Assembly: GCF_009914755.1 (NCBI RefSeq) | Contig: NC_060931.1 | DNA from: the human T2T-CHM13v2.0 reference genome, Homo sapiens | DNA: 64,000 bases | Direction: 5' to 3' (one strand) | Part shown: piece after piece, positions 28,011 to 39,424 of the stretch | Layout: each line of letters begins with the position of its first letter | How positions within the stretch are numbered: the stretch's first letter is position 1 | Translations under genes and position numbers: made by a program | The notes under the pieces: generated by a model | Databases searched by the model: none | The model's input: only the letters and a program-made list of their open reading frames with translations | What the model was told of the DNA's origin: nothing

Positions 28011-29034
28011 ACTTTTCTCTCCGAGGCCCAGCCCTGCCTCTACAGGTGCTGTGCTCCAGCAACGTTCAGGTGAGGCACTTTACTTTTCCCTTTGTGATGT
28101 GTGCTTTAATGATAATGAGACAAGATGGATTAAATTCACTTTCATGATTGTTTCCCAGAAGGCAGCAACTGCTTTCGGGAGCAGCTGAAGGCTGGAGATA
28201 ACATGGACCTCTATGGTGAGTCAGTAAGACCCATCAATCAGGCACAGCTAGGGGAGGAGGCAGACACTGCAGGGAAGATGGCCACCAGGAGCAGCTGAGG
28301 GATCCAACTGCTGGATTAAGGGAGATTGTGTGGTTAGGAGGCCTCCCCTCCCATTGTAAGATGAAGGAGGTACATTTGTCCATTGTCAGGAGGATCATAG
28401 AAAATCTTAATCTCCACTATGTGGGACTGGTACTTCAGAAGCTCCAGGCAAAGACTTAAGTCATTAATAGGCTTAATATAAAGGCTTAGCTGTTACCTAC
28501 AACTCAAATATCTTGGAGAAATGTTGCCCCCCAAAGGGCTACACAAATATTACTTCTCTAAGTGAGCCTTAGCTTAGATGTGGGAAATGGTCTTATATGC
28601 AGAGAAATTTCATTAAATTTTAATAAGTATTTTTCCACATTTACTTCACCTTTTCTTTTTTCCTTCTGGATAGTGGTGTTCTAGTTCCCTCCCTACAGCC
28701 CCCTTTTAACTGTCCACTTGTCCAGTTACCCACCTTCTGTAGGAAGTGTTCATTGACTGGGAACTGCAAACTCGGTGATCTAGCCACTTCCCCTCAGTTG
28801 AAAGTTGCTATGTCAAGAAAAAGAACCTGTGCAATTAGAATAATTGGAACTTTCCTACCTTAAAGATGTTCATATACCTGGGTTCTAAGCATGGGAGATA
28901 GTAGTGGTAAATAATGTATGAGCTCTCTGAGGAGGTAGGTGAAGATGAGATCTGGAACTCAAGGAGGGTTAAATTTAAGCAGAAGCAGGGTAGCCTCTTC
29001 CACTGTGAAGGACTGGAGTAATGATTAGAGGGCG

Positions 29035-29610
29035 GTGACTGTCAACCTTGACTACACCTTAGAATCACCTAAAGGGAGTTGTTGAAAACCCCAATGCCTG
29101 ACTTACACCAAGACCAAGTGATATAATTAGGCTTTGTGTCCCCACCCAAATCTCATCTTGAATTGTAATCCCCCAAATCCGCATAATCTCTCCAAGGGAG
29201 GGACCAGACGGAGATAATTGAACCATGGGGGTGGTTTCCCCCATGCTGTTCTCGTGATAGTGAGTGTGTTCTCCCAAGATCTGATGGTTTTATAAGGGGC
29301 TCTTTCCTCTTCTCTTGGCACTTCTTCCTGCCACCTTATGAAGAAGATGCCTGCTGCTTCCCCTTCACCTTCCACCATGATTGCACATTTCCTGAGGCCT
29401 CTCCACCCACGCTGGACTGTGAGTCAAATAAACCTCTTTTTTTTTTTTTTTTTTTTGCAAATTACCCAGTCTTGGGCAGCTCTTTATAGCAGTATGAAAA
29501 TGGAATAATACACTAAGCAAATCAGAATCTCTGGTGTCAGGCTCAGACTTCAGTAGTTTTAAAGGTCTTTGGGTGATTCCAGTATGCAGCCAAGGAAGGA
29601 GCCCACTGAT
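29035..29610. mobile_element. MER5A-like DNA transposon interrupted by a THE1/MST LTR
   Basis: ttagaatcacct...aatgcctg before the LTR and aatcagaatctctgg...gtgattcc.gtatgcagccaagg after it. Confidence 0.65.
29119..29511 (+). mobile_element. THE1D/MSTA-type solo LTR
   Basis: tgatata...tgtgtccccacccaaatctcatcttg...ttacccagtc...taataca, with the 5-bp TSD-like pair ccaag/ctaag. Confidence 0.88.
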
Positions 29611-30134
29611 ATAGCAGTATAGCAGGGCAGCAGAGGATGAGGCCCGTCTGAGTTTGGATCCTACAGAATTATAGTGGCCCTGTTATAGAGTAATGAGATT
29701 TGTCTTCAGAAGTATTGAGCACTCACAGATTTGTATTAGAGATGTCAGAAAATCGGATTGAGGTTTGTAAATTGGGTGTGTAGAACACAGACAATGGAGT
29801 TGAGAGTGTTGGCTCAAATAATTAAACATTAGTCTGAGAGATCTTGATTTTGAAAGAAAGTGAAGGAGCTTCGTTTAGGTGGCACACAGGTGGAGAGAAC
29901 ATCTGGGCCAAAGGATTGAAGCTGTTGATGAAGGTGACAAGGGATGGTCTCAGAGCAAATAAATGAGAGCTGGGAAGTAAGAGGCTGTGGTGAAGAGAGG
30001 ATTTGGTGAGGCATTGTTTTCAGACCCATGATGGGATTTGTTATAGAAAGACAGCTCGAATTAATGATGGTCCAGTTGAAGGGTTACAGAAAAAATTTAT
30101 TCCATGCACACTGTCTTACATATCATTTTGGGAC

Positions 30135-30894
30135 TGTGTGTATTGATTATGTTTTTTATTTTCTATGTTTTATGATGCTTCAACATCTTGGAGGCCTTGT
30201 TGGCCTGGGAGAGACTGCTCCTGTCAGTGCTAACTAGTTCCTAGGTATGCAAACATCTTTAAGAAGGGAAAGTTCCCATTGTTTTAACTGCATAGATTCT
30301 GTCCCTATGAAGTGGCAACTTTCAGCTGAAGGGAAGTGGCTAGATCACCAAGAGTTTGCAGTTCCTGGTAAATGAATACTTTCCCAGGCTTTGGGATAAC
30401 TGGACAAGTGGGAATTTAGAAGAAGGGGCAAATGTGTCCCCTGTGAGAATGTCATTAAGATGCAAACCAACCAATCCAGAGCTCATATACTCAGTCACCT
30501 CCTTTATCTAACTCTCACATGCCAAGTCAACATTTTCCCCACCCTAATCACCCCAGGGTGAGGTCTTGGACTACTAGATACCACGCATGTCATCCAGAGC
30601 CTGCTGAAATTATTCAAACTATCCTATCTTAGACTTCCTTAAGTTTTCTACTCCACTCACTCATTTCTTCCCATAGAAACCACAATCAAGTCTCTCGGGC
30701 ATGGTCTTCCCTTTCTTTTTCTGTCTCCTGACAGAAAGAGACAGTATGCCTCTCCACGTGGCCCTGCATGACACAGCTTGCCTCCCCCTCTTAGGAACTG
30801 TGAGTAATAAACTGTTCTTTCAAAGGCAGCTGTTTCTGTGTCTGTCACTTTACCCTACCTGATTAAAACAAATCTGGGTACAAATCTTGAAACA
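30135..30894 (+). mobile_element. MER74-like ERVL LTR interrupted at ~30240-30429
   Basis: acatcttggaggccttg...gagactgc...ttcctag [insert] ...atgcaaaccaaccaatccagagc...gaaattattcaaact...ggaactgtgagtaataaac. Confidence 0.65.
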
Positions 30895-31552
30895 GTGTTA
30901 AATATTTCAGCATTTAAAATGAAAGACAATGTTATTTCCCATTCCAGCAGTTGATTACACAGATTTGAATGGCTTCTCTGTGTTCTTTTAACCCTGGATG
31001 GAGTGTGGCAGTCATTATATGATCTCTGGCTAGACAGCATTTCTGTATGTGTGTTTTGTTGTTTGGTCAGTAGACCTTTGCACATGCACCGCTGAGGTTT
31101 GTACAGGTGAATTCAGTACTTTCTGGGTTGGAGTAGGCATCTTAAAAGCCATCTTTGGCTCCAGTCATACTATTCTAGAAATCGCAGTATCATTTTGGCA
31201 CTGTTGATTACTCCATCCTTGAAATTCCCTTTCTTGGTTTCCATGACACCACAATATGTTTGATTTTCTTCTACTTCTCTGATTGCTCTTTTAAAAAAAA
31301 CTCCGTTGGGTATTCCCCTTCCTCTGCCTATCCTGTATTTTTATTTGAAAAGCATTTATTGAATAACTGACACATACATGTATGTAAGGAAGGTATTCAA
31401 TGAAAAACGTAGGTTTATCCCACCTCTATTCCCCAGTCTCCAAACTTTTACTTTGGCAGAAATATGTGTGTCTTTATCTGCGTGTATACATGCACACGTA
31501 GAGAACACATAGGAAATATACAGACACATACATGCACATACAATTATATAAG

Positions 31553-31645
31553 TGTGTGTATATATATATGTGTATATATGTGTGTGTATATATATGTGTA
31601 TATATATGTGTGTGTATGTGTGTGTGTATATATATATATATATAT
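31553..31645. repeat. Compound (TG)n/(TA)n microsatellite at an Alu tail
   Basis: gtgtgtgtatatatatatgtgtatatatgtgtgtg... Confidence 0.9.
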
Positions 31646-31932
<287 letters not shown>

Positions 31933-33210
31933 TACAATTAAATATTTTTGCTCATAAATGCTAGCATACCATAAACCTTGATTTATTTACTCATTCATTC
32001 AACAATTTTTTAAGACTCTATTCCATGCCAGACACTGATAGGAACTGGGAATACCATGGTGAGTGAAGCAGATGGCCTTTCACAGAGTTTATGTTGGAAG
32101 GAATGGGCAATTAGCAGTAGAAATGCAAGTAAGATGATTTCCAGTAATGACAGATGATTAGACATTAAAGCATGATAATGTGAGAGGGGGTGGAGAGGCA
32201 ACATTACATGGGGTGTTCAACGAAGGCCTCTTTGAGGAGTCAATATTTGAGTTGAGACAGCATCTGAATGACAAAAAGCCAGATTGGGAAGATCTATGGG
32301 AAGAGCATTCCAGGAGTGGAAATAACAAGGGAAAATGTGAGATGTGCCAGAAGACAAGAGTAGAATGAGGGATGACTCCTTAATACACATAATCACATGC
32401 TTTGCTTTTTTCATTTAACAACTTTTATGAGACCTGGTTCCACACCTGCCATAGATAAAACTGTTTCATTCTTCTCAGCAGCTGCATAGAATTCCATCAC
32501 AGGGATAAACCAAAATGCATTTAATTGGTCACATATTGATTGATATTTAAGAAATTACTAGATTTTTGATAATCCAAGTAACGCTGACATGAATATTTTT
32601 GAACATTCATATTTTCCCACAAAGCAAATAAATTTGTAGGGTCAAACCCTGGAAGTACATTGAAACAAATAATACATGCCATTTATTTTAATTAATATCA
32701 TCCACTTTCCCTGTATAGAAATTGTATACATTTATACTCTCATTAATAACATACAAGAGAGCCTGTTTCACCTTCCTGCTCTGTGTTAGTCATCTTTCAG
32801 TGTTGTTAATTTGACAACTTTATAATTTTATTTTGCTTTCTCTTATGAATGAGATTGAAACCTTTCCGCTGTGTAAGGGCTATTTACATTTCCTTTTCTA
32901 CAAACAGTCTATTCATAACTTTGCCCATTTTTTGGAGTTATCTTTTTCTTATTAATTGTTAAGAGCTCTATATGTATTAATGAAATGAGCCTCTTTCATT
33001 CATTACATGTGAATTTCCAAGTTTCTCTTTTCTCTTTTTGGTTTGCTTAAAGCGGCATCCCATGGAGAAAGCTTTGGGTTATTTTTTACATAATAAATTT
33101 CATGTTTTGTGTTATGCTTAGAAAGTCAGTTCATTTTTTTAATGTTAATGCTCCTTGTCTTATCTTGAAGCTGCTCTTCTAACTGCACTTGCTCATTCTG
33201 GGAGATCTCG

Positions 33211-33341
33211 GCCATGCAAATCTCAGATATGCTGGTGACTTCTACCAGCTATGCCAGTTTTTAACATGCTGGTGACTTCTACCAGCCATGCCAATCTCTA
33301 ACATGCTGGTGAATTCTATCAGCCATGCCAGTCTCTAACAT
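33211..33341. repeat. 37-bp minisatellite, ~3.5 copies
   Basis: The unit atgctggtgacttctaccagc(t/c)atgccagt(t/c)t(t/c)taac starts at 33229, 33266 and 33303. Confidence 0.92.
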
Positions 33342-34011
33342 CGGCATTTCTCTACCCAGATTCTCCTGACGCACATCACATAGACTGCTGAGTGTGCTAC
33401 CCCTTGTCAACATAATCAACAGTGAACTCATCAACTCCACCTTGTCCTTCCCTCACACTGGTTGCTTTCCTTGTGCTCTCCATCTCAGTGAGCCCAATAT
33501 ATCATCTTTTCCAGGACAGAAACCTACCTGTCATCCCTTACAAGGCTTGCAAGACCTGGTTTCTATTTGTTCCTCTAGCACAACCTCTTAATATTTGCAA
33601 CACACACAGCATCTCTCCCACCCACCTCATCACTACCAATAATTTGCATAGGTGCTAGGAATACAGTGGCATCTTGATCACTGTTGAATTCTTAACTGTC
33701 TAGTTCTTGGCATGGAATTCAATCAACAAGTATTTATTGCAAATATGGATGAATAAATAAATTCTGGAATTTTCCTAGTATAACTTACATTTGTACTTAA
33801 GTTTTGTGCCAATTTGTGCTCTTTGACATACTCGCATATGTTAGTGTAACATTGTTTAGAAACAGTTATGTCAAGTGAATTTATTTGCTCATTAATTTTT
33901 ACAAGACAGTGCGGATTATTATTCTTCCTCTTAATGTCTCTTTACTTTATCAATGACAGTAAGGTTTCCTTCAAGCTACTGGGGGATTAAAATGCTTTGT
34001 GTAATGCTACT

Positions 34012-34146
34012 CTCTTTTTTGGAGGGAGGGGAAGTTTCACTCTTGTTGCCCAGGCTGGAGTGTGCAGTGGCACAATCTCGGCTCACTGCAACCTCTGTCT
34101 CCTGGGTTCAAGCGATTCTCGTGCCTCAGCCTCCCGAATAGCTGTG
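34012..34146 (-). mobile_element. 5'-truncated Alu (right arm only)
   Basis: gtttcactcttgttgcccaggctggag...cctcagcctcccgaatagctg. Confidence 0.85.
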
Positions 34147-34315
34147 ATCCCAGCTATTCAAGGGAAGAGTGGAGGATGGGGCAACCTCTGGGAGGCTTTC
34201 TCTTTCCTGGATGCAGTCCTTGAGTCCCCTTGTTGGCTTTCCCCATGCAGACCCCTCATGATGGGGAAAACTCTACGGAGCGGAGCGGCCCCCTCTGCCT
34301 GGTACGGGCCTGCCA

Positions 34316-35293
34316 TCAGAGCTCGCGCAGATCCCCGCCTGGAGCTTGGCCTGGCCGCCGGCGCCCCAGCACCCTGCTCAGGGCGGCGGTGATCTCGCGG
34401 TTGCGCAGGCTGTAGATGAGTGGATACAGCAGCGGCGTGACGTTGGTGTAGACCAGCGCCAGGGTGCGGTCCAGGCGCGGGGAGTAGCTGGCCCTGGGCC
34501 GCAAGTACATGAAGGTGGCGCAGCCGTAGTGCAGGAAGGTGACTGCCAGGTGCAAGGCGCAGGTGGAGGCGGCCTTGCCCCGGCCTTTGGGGCAGCGCAG
34601 GCGGCGCAGGGCGGCGGCGATGGCGCCATAGGAGGCCAGGATGAGCACCGAGGGCAGCAGCAGCAGCACCAGGCAGGCGCCCAGCAGAGGCAGCTCGTCG
34701 GCGTAGCTCCGCGTGCAGGCCAGGTGCAGCAGCGCCGTGATGTCGCAGAAGAAGTGCAGCAGCAGGCGGGAGCCGCAGAAAGGCAGGTGGAAGATGGCCA
34801 CCGTGAGCCCCACGGACACCGCCAGTCCCCTGAGGCAGCAGGCCAGAGCCAGTCGCGCGCACAGCCCGGGGGTCACCACGGCCGCGTAGCGCAACGGGTG
34901 GCAGATGGCCACGTAGCGGTCATAGGCCATGGCGGCCAGCAGGAAGCACTCGGCCCCGCCCAGAGCCACAAACATCTGCATCTGAAAGGCGCAGCTCAGG
35001 AAGGAGATAGGGCTGCCCCTGCGGTGGCCCGGCGTGCTCAGGTCGACCAGGGAGCGGGGCACCACCACCAGCGTGTAGCACAGCTCGATGGCTGACAGCT
35101 GGCACAGGAAGAGCAGCATGGGCTGCCGGCTTGGCATCGAGGCCACGGCCACCAGGATGAGCAGGTTCCCGCCCAGGGTGGCCAGGTGCACCCCCAGCAG
35201 CAAAAGGAAGAGCACGGGTCTCAGGTGCGGGAATTCGGAGAAGCCTTGAAGGAGAAAGCCACAGGGCACGGTGGCATTGCTGGGACTGTCCAT
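34316..35293 (-). CDS. OR10AC1: Olfactory receptor 10AC1, intact 325-aa ORF in this sequence (recalled as a polymorphic pseudogene locus)
   Basis: ATG at 35293 gives MDSPSNATVPCGFLLQGFS...GNLLI...MAYDRYVAICHPLRY...HFFCD...KAASTCALHL...PLIYSLRNRE. The 978 nt have no frameshift or stop, and there is an N-terminal sequon NAT. Confidence 0.88.
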   Translation of the reverse strand: MDSPSNATVPCGFLLQGFSEFPHLRPVLFLLLLGVHLATLGGNLLILVAVASMPSRQPMLLFLCQLSAIELCYTLVVVPRSLVDLSTPGHRRGSPISFLSCAFQMQMFVALGGAECFLLAAMAYDRYVAICHPLRYAAVVTPGLCARLALACCLRGLAVSVGLTVAIFHLPFCGSRLLLHFFCDITALLHLACTRSYADELPLLGACLVLLLLPSVLILASYGAIAAALRRLRCPKGRGKAASTCALHLAVTFLHYGCATFMYLRPRASYSPRLDRTLALVYTNVTPLLYPLIYSLRNREITAALSRVLGRRRPGQAPGGDLREL

Positions 35294-35315
35294 GCACGAG
35301 CCCGCCCACAGGCAC

Positions 35316-35340
35316 CTGTAGAAGAGAGGCACAGGAGGGC
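35316..35340 (-). other. Likely 3' splice acceptor preceding the OR10AC1 coding exon
   Basis: The minus strand reads cctgtgcctctcttctacag|gtgcc, with the AG 22 nt upstream of the ATG. This fits the usual OR layout with 5' non-coding exons. Confidence 0.5.
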
Positions 35341-36596
35341 AGAGCTTGTCGGGTACGCATGCTCTGGCCCTGCGCGTGGAGGAGGAGTCGGGTGGAAGGT
35401 AGAGGCTGGACCAGGAATGGTGGCTGCAGAGAGGTCGCAACAGTTCATGGGTCCATTCCCAGCCCACCACCCCCAGTCCTCCTCACAAGGAAGTCTTACT
35501 GTCTTGTTCAGAAAAAGAGTGCAGTTTTTGCTGCCTCCTGGACAAGAATTCCTATAGCTGCCCTCTCAACGTGCTCTTTCAAAAGAAGCCTGGGTTTTAG
35601 CTCATGTGCCTCTATAGTCCAGTTATTATTTTGTGGGTCCTATAGGGCTGTGAGTATAGTGTCTGCTGCAGTCTTGAGACCACCATGGCAGGAAATGTCT
35701 TTAGTTCCCGCTTCTGTCTTCTCCTGCCTGCCCTGTTCTGTCATTTCTAAGTTGCCTTCTGTGATGTATCACAGAATCACAAAAACACAATGCAGGTGAG
35801 GGCCTTAGGGATCATCTCATGTAACTTCCTAATTTTAAGGAGGAAAATAAAGTTCAGGTTGGAGGGAAAGGGGATTGTTGAAGGACGTATTGCTCACAGG
35901 AAGTTAGGAACGGAATCTGCATTCTGAGGCTGAATCCAAAACTTTCTATGACCCAGGTCCTGAAAAAAGGTCACTCAGGTCAAGATAATCCACATTTGTT
36001 TAGTTTTAAGTAGACACCCAGATCTGTGCCAGGCTCTGGGGCAGGCACTAAAGCAGCAGAACATGCTTTGTGGGAGGGCTTCCCTGGGTGCATCAGGAAC
36101 AATATGTCCCTAACATTTTTATTAATGCTTTGTCAACGTGAGAAAAGGGACGTGTATTTGTTCTAACTTGACTTTTAGTTAGCAGTACATTCCAAATTTG
36201 CCATCAGAACACAGTTTCGTTCTAAGCATTATACGGTGACTCATTTGCAAGTAACATTTGGAAAACAGTGACAGTGTGCAGGTCAGCTGCATTTCTCATA
36301 ATCCTTTGGGATGGAAGAACCAGGAGGTGGAAAGAGATTTGAGGTCATGCAAGCTGGAGGAGGAGGTTTAATTTTTCCAATCGATATTAATGAGCTCTCT
36401 CTTTTATTAATTTTTAATTTTAAATGTAAGCTCAACTATTTGCTCTTAAAATCACTGTTAATCAATGTTGGAAGTGGAATTTCTTCATAGTTGTTATATC
36501 CTAGAGTAAAAGAGCAATAAACCTGGGTCAAAGGGCAACAGGAGAATCAGATGAAAGAACTGGAAGGAATGCAAAGAGTTGGGCTTTTGCTAATAC

Positions 36597-36882
36597 TTTT
36601 TTTTTTTTTTTTTTTTTTTGAGACAAGGTCTCAGACTGCTGCCCAGTCTGGAGTGCAATGGCACCATGATGGCTCACTGCAGCTTCGAACCCCCCGGCTA
36701 AAGAAATCCTCCCACTCCAGTCTCCTGAGTAGCTGGGACTACAGGCACACACCACCATGCCCAGCTAACATGATGGGGTTTCACCCTGTTGCCCAGGCTG
36801 ATCTCAAACTACTGAGCTCAACAATCCATCTGCCTTGGACTCCTAAAGTGCTGGGATTACAGGTGTGAGCCACCATGCCCTG
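36597..36882 (-). mobile_element. AluJ-like with the central linker deleted
   Basis: Long T tail; cccagctaa joins almost directly to gatggggtttcacc. Confidence 0.88.
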
Positions 36883-37439
36883 CAAAATACCTCTTTTTGA
36901 GAGGAGAATTCTAAGGGTTTTTATTTCTCCGTGTCACTCTGTGCTCTTCCTCATCCTATCTGAGGGCAGCACTTTCAAATGGATGTTTTCAGTCTTCTAA
37001 TGGAAGAGTAGGGTTGGGTTTTGGGTAGGTCTGAGGGAGGTGGATTCATTTCCCATCTGTTTTAGATCATTCACTTTTCAGTTTTTGGCCACCCTTCATG
37101 CTGTTGAGCAAATGTAACAAACCTGTGTTGAGTGCCTCCTCTTCGCCAATTATTGTTTGCTATGAACATGAGAGAGATGCCTGGCTTTCTTGGAGGATTC
37201 CTGAAGTGCCAGGACAACTCTCTTCTCTCCGCCTCTGCTCTATTCTCTACTTCTTCCTCTTCATCTCCTTAGAGAAGCGTGATGAGCACAAGGGAATGCA
37301 GAAGAAAAAAAAAAAACAGAAATATTCCAGTTCTTCCTCCAGGTTCATACCACACAGAAATGTAAATGACAAGCAAATCCCATTGATGGCACCAATACCT
37401 AGCAGCTCAAGGTACATCGTGTTTTAAAAACATTTGTGT

Positions 37440-37790
37440 GGAAGTTAAAACAAGTTGAACTCAGAAGAAGTAAAAAGCAGAACAGAGGATAGTAGGGGTT
37501 GGGAGGTAGGGGGAAGGGGGCTAGGAACAGATCCTTTGTTAAAGGATACAAAATTACAGCTAAATAGAATTTCTTATGTTCTACAGCATTGGAGGATGAC
37601 TGTGATTAACAATTTTATATAGTTTCAAATAGTTGGAAGGAGGATATTGAATGTTCGCAACACAAATAAATGATACATGCTTGAGATGATGGATATACAA
37701 TATCACTATACATTACATGTATCAAAACATCACTAAGTTCCCCATAAAAATGTGTAATTATTTGTCAATTACACAATAAAATTTAAAAAA
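37440..37790 (+). mobile_element. L1MA 3' end
   Basis: aaaggatacaaaattacagcta...ggatattgaatgttc...aaataaatgata...aataaaatttaaaaaaa. Confidence 0.8.
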
Positions 37791-39370
37791 AGTGCTCTAA
37801 AGCAAGTCAAAGGGGCTAATTAAATGGAAAAGAGACTAAGGCGTGTTTCTGCTCTTAGAGTTTTTAGGAGGTATTGTCACAAATTCTAGGAATGTATGTT
37901 TCAGTCTTTTCTCTGGGAGAGGGAGGGAGAACAGATACTTTCAAAGCTTCAGTGATTCAAATCCAACTCTACCCTAGGAGGAGAAGTTACAGAGAGAGAA
38001 GAAAACACCACAAGGCCTGCCTAAGCCACCTTCCTCCCCCAGGGAGAAAGCAGATGTTCTTACTCTTCCGAGTGATGAATAACATCAGCTATAACAGCTA
38101 ACATTTAAGAGACTGCCAGGCAATGCTCACGAGGACTTTGCAAATTTAATTTAACTTATTCTTAGTGACAGTGCAATAAGGTTAGTGGACTCTCTCCATA
38201 CCCATGTTATAGATGAGGAAATTGAGGCCTAAGGAAATGAAACATCATCTAGCTAATTAACAGTATAGCCAGATTTATACCCAAGCAATCTAGCCCCCAA
38301 TAGTCCATAGTCTTATCCACTATATAGTCGTCCTTATTTATACCTTTTCCAAAACATCCTTCCCTCATGAGACACATCTTACCCTTCTTTTCATATACCC
38401 CACCTTCTGCAGAAGAGAAATCACCCACGGTCTCTAGGCATTTCTGTCCTCAGATTTCCCTTTGTTGACATTTTTCTTGAGGACATGTGGATGTGAGCAG
38501 CAATGCAGATAATCTAAGATAGCAAATCTAAAAATAATTTCTCCTTAGCTTTGACATTCATTGCTGCTATTGTTATTGTTCCGGCAGATTCACTTTTTTA
38601 ATTGGGTAAGACTCCATGGAGCACCCACAGAGTCATGGCTGGCTGGTGGCCCAGGACATCTGGATGTGGCTGAGAGCCTTGCTGGGCTGGAGATGCAGAT
38701 CTGAGATTTGATTTTTTGCTGTATAGAATAATTAAAATTATCTGCAATCATGATGTTTTTAATCGGCCATTTCAAGAGTCAATGGAAGCACCCCTAAAGG
38801 GTGGATGTGGGATGGGAGATGTGAGAGCTAGACCAGTCAGCCCCTTTCAGGTTTTGAGGATTCCATAGAATGCTGAACTGGAATGGAGCTTAAAGGTCAA
38901 ACATTCTAGGCCTTCATGTGAGGTCCAGAGATGTCACTAATCAGACTTGGATCTCACCATGGTCTTTTAGCAGGAGAACTGGACTAGAGCCTGGTTCTCA
39001 CACCTCTGGCTGAATGGTTCCATTTCTGTAAGAATTGTCTTCCAGAGTAGACCTGAGCTTACTGATCTAGTATTATAGTTTACAAAACCACCAAACGAGA
39101 GGTCACAGCAGAATTTTATCATTGTCCTATAGTAGTTTAGGATAAAATTTTATCATTTCCCTGATCTGGTAAGAAGTTAAACTTAGAAGATTATGAATAT
39201 GCCTGGATTTCTTAACCTCATTTAATAACTCTTCATAGGCTTCTGGTCTATGAATTTATATAAATTATTCTGGAACCCACTTTTATCCAGTGATTCCTTT
39301 TAGGAATAACACACTATACATTCATTTTTTTTTTTTAGCCTTAGTCCTTAGTGAAGTAAAAGGAGTCTCC

Positions 39371-39424
39371 ATAGTTTATATTTCTGCTTTGTTGTTTATA
39401 GTTTATATTTCTGCTTTGTTGTTT
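39371..39424. repeat. Perfect 27-bp tandem duplication
   Basis: atagtttatatttctgctttgttgttt occurs twice in tandem. Confidence 0.95.

Larger units (their letters stand above)
28698..30429. repeat. Inverted duplication 2: arm A 28698-28881, arm B 30240-30429
   Basis: Exact 19-nt reverse-complement match between 28774-28792 and 30331-30349, plus 14- and 15-nt exact blocks, colinear over ~185 bp. Confidence 0.88.
34270..35400. promoter_or_regulatory. CpG island-like GC-rich segment covering the OR10AC1 coding exon
   Basis: Dense CG dinucleotides (e.g. gccgccggcgcc, gcggcggcga, tcgcgcgc) against CpG-poor AT-rich flanks. Confidence 0.8.

Noticed and set aside
27518-28147. 209-aa ORF
   Set aside because: Non-ATG start, runs through a MIR, and has no recognisable protein features.
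33211-33341. CRISPR-like 37-bp palindromic repeats
   Set aside because: The units are head-to-tail with no spacers, there are no cas genes, and the context is mammalian.
34158-35360. Long alternative-frame and antisense ORFs (234, 249, 146 aa) over OR10AC1
   Set aside because: These are expected from stop-codon scarcity in very GC-rich coding DNA. The products are low-complexity with no recognisable domains.
35294-35470. 59-codon N-terminal extension of OR10AC1
   Set aside because: It starts at GTG and crosses a likely splice acceptor at 35316.
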